A stretch of DNA of 32,000 bases from an uncultured Rivularia sp. (GTDB lineage: Bacteria > Cyanobacteriota > Cyanobacteriia > Cyanobacteriales > Nostocaceae). The notes under the pieces are model-generated. The model ran no database searches. It saw only the letters and a list, made by a program, of their open reading frames with translations, and was not told the origin of the DNA. Within the stretch, counting starts at the first letter, position 1. Each line of letters opens with the position of its first letter. The stretch spans positions 3,066,053-3,098,052 of the forward strand of contig OY762007.1 of assembly GCA_963665115.1 (NCBI GenBank), read 5' to 3'. Positions 26,937 to 32,000 of this stretch are shown here, in pieces. A program made the translations under genes and the position numbers.

Positions 26937-27215
26937 TTACGCTTTACCCTTTCTGATTGCTTGGTTTCTTTGACGTAGTTTCTCAATTACTTTTCTACCG
27001 TCAAGTCTTTCCCCACCTTCGGAAGCTTCAACCCCAACCATAATTTCCCGTTTCAATTCCTCAAATCTACCTTTGTAAATCCTTTCTCTTTCCTTGAGCA
27101 ATTTAATACCCGCAATAATCACTTCCTCAGTTGAGGAATATTTACCACTTGCAATTTGACTTTGAATAAATTCTTCTAATTCAGGAGTTAGGGAGATACT
27201 TGTAAATATTGCTAT
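26937..27215 (-). CDS. parD: ParD-family (ribbon-helix-helix) antitoxin-like protein without a canonical start codon
   Basis: The frame is open from 27215. It encodes (IAIF)TSISLTPELEEFIQSQIASGKYSSTEEVIIAGIKLLKERERIYKGRFEELKREIMVGVEASEGGERLDG..., typical of ParD PF03693-like proteins. The only upstream in-frame candidates are ATA (27209, 27215). The GTG at 27122 used by the ORF track would delete the RHH strand. Confidence 0.65.
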   Translation of the reverse strand: MAIFTSISLTPELEEFIQSQIASGKYSSTEEVIIAGIKLLKERERIYKGRFEELKREIMVGVEASEGGERLDGRKVIEKLRQRNQAIRKGKA

Positions 27216-27227
27216 TCAAACTGTTTT

Positions 27228-27275
27228 CTATATTCTGATTATTAATTGCTGCTCGTCTGCGTAAAAACGTGCCAT
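27228..27275 (-). pseudogene. Truncated remnant of a DUF5615 (PIN-like, Mut7-C type) toxin gene
   Basis: The ATG lies 3 nt after the DUF433 stop. It translates MARFYADEQQLIIRI*; MARFYADE is the characteristic N-terminus of the DUF433-partnered DUF5615 proteins as I remember them. Confidence 0.5.
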
Positions 27276-27278
27276 CAA

Positions 27279-27605
27279 CTAGGCTACCTGATTACGCTCG
27301 ATTGCCAATTCTATTTCATCGGGATGAGCTTTTGCATAAATCCAAGCATTCGCTAAATCTGTAGCAGTAATAGTTGGATAGCTGATTAAAAGGTCAGAAT
27401 CACTATATCCGAGACTTTGAGCTTCCACAAGCACCCAAACTGGAATACGAGTTTTTGTAATCCGTGCTTCTCCACCACAAACTCTAGGTGTTTTCTCAAT
27501 CCCTTGCCAATTGCTACCCAAACTTTGAGCAAGTAACTGTATTACTTGTACTTTTTCATTGGGATTGAGGGCAAGAAGTTGTTGCTCTAATTCTTTGAGT
27601 GTCAC
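27279..27605 (-). CDS. DUF433 domain protein (antitoxin-like) with an N-terminal addiction-module-like helix
   Basis: 108-aa ORF with CGGEARITKTRIPVWVLVE..LGYSDSDLLISYPTITATDLANAWIYA, which is the DUF433 pattern. Confidence 0.8.
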   Translation of the reverse strand: MTLKELEQQLLALNPNEKVQVIQLLAQSLGSNWQGIEKTPRVCGGEARITKTRIPVWVLVEAQSLGYSDSDLLISYPTITATDLANAWIYAKAHPDEIELAIERNQVA

Positions 27606-27787
27606 AAATCAAAATACCTTACTGCGCTAGTTAAGCTGCTTTCCATATTCTTATTATAGAAGGGAGGCATCGCATTGTAATGAAAGCTGTGTTTTTTGCT
27701 GAGTTGGTTGGAAAGTGCGATTTGTTAGGTGGGTTAATTATGACATCTTGCACCATTCTTAATAAACCCTTAAATCCACCTTGTAAG

Positions 27788-27913
27788 CCGGAGGCTTTCT
27801 CGCAGAGAAATTTCAAGGCTCATATACAAAGTACGTTTTAAACGTACTAGAAGCCTTACCCAGTCTGATTTATCAGACTTTGTTTTTTAGCCTGGGAATT
27901 TATTCCAAGGCGG
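27788..27913. mobile_element. Second copy of the 17429-17545 MITE-like element (left end diverged)
   Basis: AAGGCTCATATACAAAGTACGTTTTAAACGTACTAGAAGCCTT..CAGTCTGATTTATCAGACTTTG..AGCCTGGGAATTTATTCCAAGGCGG aligns with the first copy with a few substitutions. Confidence 0.5.
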
Positions 27914-28108
27914 TTATCGCAACTGGTGCAAGATGTAAGTTAATTTGCTCTTTAATGATGAATAGGTTGTCTTCCATCAAACTTACTTATCCAAAAACAA
28001 AATCCCATCAACACAAAATAAACTCCCTAATTCCAAAGCCTGTTGTGAAGTTATTTCTAAATCACCATTTTCAAACAATTATCAATTAACAATTACCAAT
28101 TACCAAAT

Positions 28109-28393
28109 TTAACTTTGTGATAAAAAATCGATTTTAGGTAATAACGGATCAGTTACCATACCCACACCATTAAAACTCCATCGTTGAAGTACAGTTTTTA
28201 ATTGAGTACCTGAAACAGTTTCTACACCGAGACGGTTAGCTAAATCGCCAGCATGAGTATTGATATAGCTCAAAGCATCAAAATTTTCACGAAACAGCAG
28301 CACAAAAGTAGACGCATCATCTTCATTTGGACGTGCTGCCAAATAACGGCCATCAGCTTTAGAACGAATTAAATAATACGTTTCAGACAACAT
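28109..28393 (-). CDS. Conserved hypothetical protein (possibly DUF3110-like)
   Basis: 94-aa ORF with non-repetitive composition and an ATG start. The family guess is weak. Confidence 0.55.
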   Translation of the reverse strand: MLSETYYLIRSKADGRYLAARPNEDDASTFVLLFRENFDALSYINTHAGDLANRLGVETVSGTQLKTVLQRWSFNGVGMVTDPLLPKIDFLSQS

Positions 28394-28400
28394 GGGATTC

Positions 28401-28622
28401 AGGTTAAAGGTTAAAGGTCAAAGGTTAAAGGTTAAAGGTCAAAGGTTAGGAATTATGAAAATATTTGTAGTGGGAGCATCTTGCTCCCTTTATAATTTAC
28501 CCTACTTATCAATGCCCAATGCCCAATCCCCAATTCACCATGCCCAATCCCCAATTCACCATGCCCCATGCCCAATGCCCCATGCCCCATGCCCAATGCC
28601 CCATGCCCAATCTCCAATGCCC
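28401..28622. repeat. STRR module: AGGTTAA/AGGTCAA x7 (28401-28449), spacer, then [A/C]ATGCCC-type heptamers x16 (28511-28622)
   Basis: Heptamer register counted directly. ORF 28392..28670 is an artefact of the repeats. Confidence 0.9.
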
Positions 28623-28625
28623 AAC

Positions 28626-29675
28626 CTAAGATTTCCCAAGAGTAATCCTTGGATCGGCAACTTTGAGTAATAAATCTGCTACTAAGTTACCAACAATTAA
28701 TAAAATTGCGCTCATTATCAAGCTAGCCATTAGTACATATATATCTTGAGCGCGTACTGCTTGCAAAGTTAGTCTACCTAAACCAGGCCAGTTGAAGAAA
28801 AATTCGGCGATAAAAGCACCACTTAATAAGGCTGCTAGCTCAAAACCTAATAAGGTAATTAATGGGTTAATGGCATTACGAAGCGCGTGAACGTAAATAA
28901 CGCGATTTTCCGGTAAACCTTTGGCTCTAGCTGTTTGAATGTAATCTTGACGCAATACATCCAACAATTCACCGCGAGTAATACGCTGCAATCCAGCAAA
29001 ACTGGTAACACTCAAAGCAATTGTGGGCAAAATCATGTGCCAAAGAATATCAATAACTTTTCCCAAGGGTGAAAGTTGAGCATGAAAAATGCTTGTCATA
29101 CCTCCAACAGGAAACAGAGGAGCAGTAATTTGAGCAAAAATCAATAACAACAAAGCTGTAATAAAGCTGGGAAAACCTTGTCCGGCATAGCTAAGTACTT
29201 GCAAAATTCTGTCTGTAGCCTGGTTTTGTTTGACAGCAGCGAAAATACCCAAAGGAATGGCGATCGCCCAAGTTAAAATCAAGGAAGCAAAAGCTAAAAG
29301 TAATGTCGCGGGTACTCTTTCCCATATTAGTGAAGCTACCGAACGCTGAAAAACAAAACTCTGACCAAAATCTCCTTGGGAAATAACTCGCCACAGCCAC
29401 AAAAAATATTGAACGTGCCAAGGTTTATCCAAACCAAACTGTTGTTGCAATTCGAGAATTCTTTCTGGAGAAATTTTAGGATTTTGCCGCAGGTTATCTA
29501 AATAATCCCCTGGAGCCAGTTGAATAATAATAAAAGAAACTATCGACGCTAAAAAAATCGTCAGCAGCGCCTGTAATACTCGTTTGACAATATAAAGAAA
29601 TGTTTCGCTAGTAACTATTTTGAGCAAAGAATCTCGACTCGATTCCCAAAAGCTTTTTGACGTTGTTGCAGTCAT
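28626..29675 (-). CDS. ABC transporter permease (DppB/OppB-type, BPD_transp_1)
   Basis: 349-aa ORF with N-terminal YIVKRVLQALLTIFLASIVSFIIIQLAPGD, multiple TM segments, and DYIQTARAKGL (EAA-loop region). Confidence 0.85.
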   Translation of the reverse strand: MTATTSKSFWESSRDSLLKIVTSETFLYIVKRVLQALLTIFLASIVSFIIIQLAPGDYLDNLRQNPKISPERILELQQQFGLDKPWHVQYFLWLWRVISQGDFGQSFVFQRSVASLIWERVPATLLLAFASLILTWAIAIPLGIFAAVKQNQATDRILQVLSYAGQGFPSFITALLLLIFAQITAPLFPVGGMTSIFHAQLSPLGKVIDILWHMILPTIALSVTSFAGLQRITRGELLDVLRQDYIQTARAKGLPENRVIYVHALRNAINPLITLLGFELAALLSGAFIAEFFFNWPGLGRLTLQAVRAQDIYVLMASLIMSAILLIVGNLVADLLLKVADPRITLGKS

Positions 29676-29689
29676 AGCACCTGAATTAG

Positions 29690-29765
29690 AGGTTAAAGGT
29701 TAAAGGTTAAAGGTAGAGGGGGTAAAAATTACCAATGCCCAATGCGAGGGGGCCCAATTCCCAAC
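29690..29765. repeat. STRR module: AGGTTAA x3-4 (29690-29717), then CCAATGC-type heptamers (29732-29765)
   Basis: Read directly. It has the same two-block composition and order as 28401-28622. Confidence 0.8.
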
Positions 29766-29766
29766 T

Positions 29767-30285
29767 TTAGTATTCAACAAGAGAAACAATCGGCACGTCT
29801 GGTAGTTTTTTACGACCTTGTAATTCTTGTAGCTCGATGATAAATGCAAATCCGACTAATTCACAGCCTACCTTTTGAATAAGTTCGGCTGTAGCGCAAG
29901 CTGTTCCACCTGTGGCAATTAAATCGTCGGCAATTAAAACTCGACTTCCCGGTTGCAAAGCATCCTGATGCACTTCTAAAGTATCCGTACCATACTCTAG
30001 TGCATATTCAATTGCATGAATTTTTGCCGGTAATTTACCTTTTTTACGGACGGGAATGAAACCAGCTTCTAATTTATATGCTAGAGGTGCCCCGAAAATG
30101 AATCCTCGCGACTCCATGCCTACTACAAAATCTGCTGTCATTCCAGCATCAATACATTTTTGCGTAAATAAGTCAATCGTGTATCTTAACCCTTGGGCAT
30201 CGCGCAGCAAAGTAGTGATATCTCTAAATAAAATTCCGGGTTTAGGGAAATCAGGAATGTCCCGAATTAAAGATTTAAAATCCAT
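29767..30285 (-). CDS. apt: Adenine phosphoribosyltransferase
   Basis: 172-aa ORF with [25 protein letters not shown], and [13 protein letters not shown] (the PRPP motif). Confidence 0.95.
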   Translation of the reverse strand: MDFKSLIRDIPDFPKPGILFRDITTLLRDAQGLRYTIDLFTQKCIDAGMTADFVVGMESRGFIFGAPLAYKLEAGFIPVRKKGKLPAKIHAIEYALEYGTDTLEVHQDALQPGSRVLIADDLIATGGTACATAELIQKVGCELVGFAFIIELQELQGRKKLPDVPIVSLVEY

Positions 30286-31073
30286 AATATAGAAGAGTCT
30301 ACAATTAGTACTGTTCTCAAAACCTTACCCTAAATCTTAGTGCTGGGAAACCGAAACAGTGGGATGGTTATCAATTAACTATCAGCAAGCATTTAAAACT
30401 TTTTCTATCCGATAAAATATTTTACAGATTTGAATTACCAACAGAAAATTTAATTAGAGCCGTTTTTTAAGTTTATTTTTAACGTCTTTTTAGTATATGA
30501 GGTCTAATATATAACGTCGGGGAAATTTTAGCGATGGAGGTTCAAAAATTAGTAGATCGGTATTATTACAAATGACTTTACGCAGCATATCGCGACAGAA
30601 TAATTGAATTGACAACCGAATTGCAGCGATCGCCGGTTAATACACCGCGACAATACATAAGTACATTCATATGTATGGTTATTGCAACAAATTGTTGATG
30701 TTAGCTGTAAAGAAGAACCCGTAAAGGTTTAGGCTATAGTGGAGCTAACTGCTTTCGGCAAAGCAAACGCTATTGAACGTGCAGCAGCTAATTTGCTCGC
30801 ATTTAACAGAATATACGCCAATTATCCAAGTTGCGATAGCCCTTTATAACAACGCGAAGGCGTATCGCACTAACCAAATTGCAAACGGATGAACTAATAA
30901 TGGTTTAAAACTTAGATTTTCGGTATACGGAAAGCTTGGATATGAAACAGTAATTAATGTATATATCAGGCAGTTGGATTACTGCCATATGCCAACATAT
31001 TTATATTTGGCTACCATTGTTTAATTAATTTTACCTATTTTTCTAGGATAGCAGCCCTACAAGGAACTGATAA

Positions 31074-31700
31074 ATGAATGTTTCCGCTCCTTCAACGCCG
31101 ATGAACAGTTCGGCAGAACAAGATTTGCCAATGATTCTGGACACCCTACCCGATCCAGCAATAGAGGGACAAGGGTGTCCTCGTAGAACTAGACAACAAA
31201 TTGACCTTATTTTACTCGCAATTGAAGCTTTGGATCTTGGCGGATCTGAAGCAATTTTGGCATTTGCTCAAGAATTGGATCTTAAAGGTATTATCAAAGA
31301 TAGAGTAAATTTATGGCGGATGCGTAGCACTAATCCTTTACGCAGAGCTAATATTCGCCGTCCTTTAACCATTATGGAAGCAAAAGCTTTAGTGGTTATT
31401 TCCTGCTATTTAGCTAGGCGATTGACGGTTGTGATTCGTCAATTGTTAATGATCAATCAACAGATGGTTGAAAAGCAGATTCCCTTGGAACAGAATTTGC
31501 GTCTCTCTAATTATTTGGAACGATTTCGAGCGCATTTTAGAAGCCGCATGAATAAAAGACGTTCTGGATTAATGGCACTTAATTCTGACGATAAATTAAA
31601 TGAACTGGCTGTGAATCTATTAGCACAGTTACTTTTCTGTACGGGAACAGCCGGAATGCAGCGCTTCTGGATTAGTCTTTTTGATGGTGAAGTGGAATGA
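31074..31700 (+). CDS. Conserved cyanobacterial protein, DUF3038-like
   Basis: 208-aa ORF with CPRRTRQQIDLILLAIEALDLGGSEA and NLWRMRSTNPLRR. The family name is from memory. Confidence 0.65.
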   Translation: MNVSAPSTPMNSSAEQDLPMILDTLPDPAIEGQGCPRRTRQQIDLILLAIEALDLGGSEAILAFAQELDLKGIIKDRVNLWRMRSTNPLRRANIRRPLTIMEAKALVVISCYLARRLTVVIRQLLMINQQMVEKQIPLEQNLRLSNYLERFRAHFRSRMNKRRSGLMALNSDDKLNELAVNLLAQLLFCTGTAGMQRFWISLFDGEVE

Positions 31701-32000
31701 ATATTCAACGTAAATACAGTTTACCTAATTGCACGCTACTTTTAGAAGGTTTAAATGACGCTTCAAAAACCACACAGTTTCAGGAAATGCGCCCGGAATT
31801 GTCTATTTTGGTAAATGCAGAATGTACTGTATCTGGCTATACTCAAAGCCTAGCGGGTGGTAGAGATTTTTTTGAAAGTTTGGTTAGAGCTGTTAGTGCC
31901 TATGCTCAAGAGTTTTTGAGTCATGTTTCTAACCCGCAAGCGCACAACTCCGAATCGGAATTAGTGCAGCTGGAAAAAATTAATGCTAATAGCCACAAAT
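31697..32000 (+). CDS. Conserved cyanobacterial protein, DUF4335-like (partial, runs off the window)
   Basis: The ATG overlaps the upstream stop (ATGA at 31697-31700). The frame is open to the window end: MNIQRKYSLPNCTLLLEGLNDASK... It is absent from the ORF track because no stop lies in the window. Confidence 0.6.
   Translation, partial: MNIQRKYSLPNCTLLLEGLNDASKTTQFQEMRPELSILVNAECTVSGYTQSLAGGRDFFESLVRAVSAYAQEFLSHVSNPQAHNSESELVQLEKINANSHK

Noticed and set aside
27631-28089. ORFs 27631..27816 (-) and 27880..28089 (+)
   Set aside because: They overlap the MITE-like element copy, are short, and show no family resemblance.
28392-28670. 92-aa ORF (KVKGQRLKVKGQ...HAQSPIHHAQSPIHHAPCPMPHAPCPMPHAQSPMP)
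   Set aside because: It is a pure translation of heptamer STRRs and overlaps the permease 3-prime end.
30739-30849. 36-aa GTG-initiated ORF (VELTAFGKANAIERAAANLLAFNRIYANYPSCDSPL)
   Set aside because: It has no Shine-Dalgarno sequence and no recognisable family, and it is too short to support from sequence alone.

Overview
AT-rich cyanobacterial chromosomal segment that looks Nostocales-like: HIP1 octamers GCGATCGC (e.g. 12181-12188), heptamer/octamer STRR tandem repeats and small hairpin MITE-like repeats fill most intergenic spaces. The backbone on the minus strand is a nitrate-assimilation cluster, nirA - nrtP - narB - narM-like - mobA. It also carries a divergent HEAT-repeat gene, a secreted double-trypsin/TPR protein, purL-purF, an ABC permease, apt and a DUF3038/DUF4335-like pair. 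There are three accessory parts. (1) An HTH-NACHT STAND NTPase lies divergent from a PD-(D/E)XK nuclease. (2) An NB-ARC + 17xTPR NLR-like gene has no start codon of its own. It lies in the same reading frame as an upstream 139-aa helical ORF that ends in a Q/N/G-rich motif, separated from it only by one TGA; this is the most interesting locus. (3) A toxin-antitoxin debris patch holds DUF433, a truncated DUF5615, a start-less ParD and GIY-YIG, next to a tandem array of 102-nt hairpin units. nirA, nrtP and the NLR gene are each broken by a 1-nt-type frameshift at a mononucleotide run, so either the assembly has homopolymer errors or these genes are decaying. No rRNA, tRNA, CRISPR array or transposase gene was recognised.
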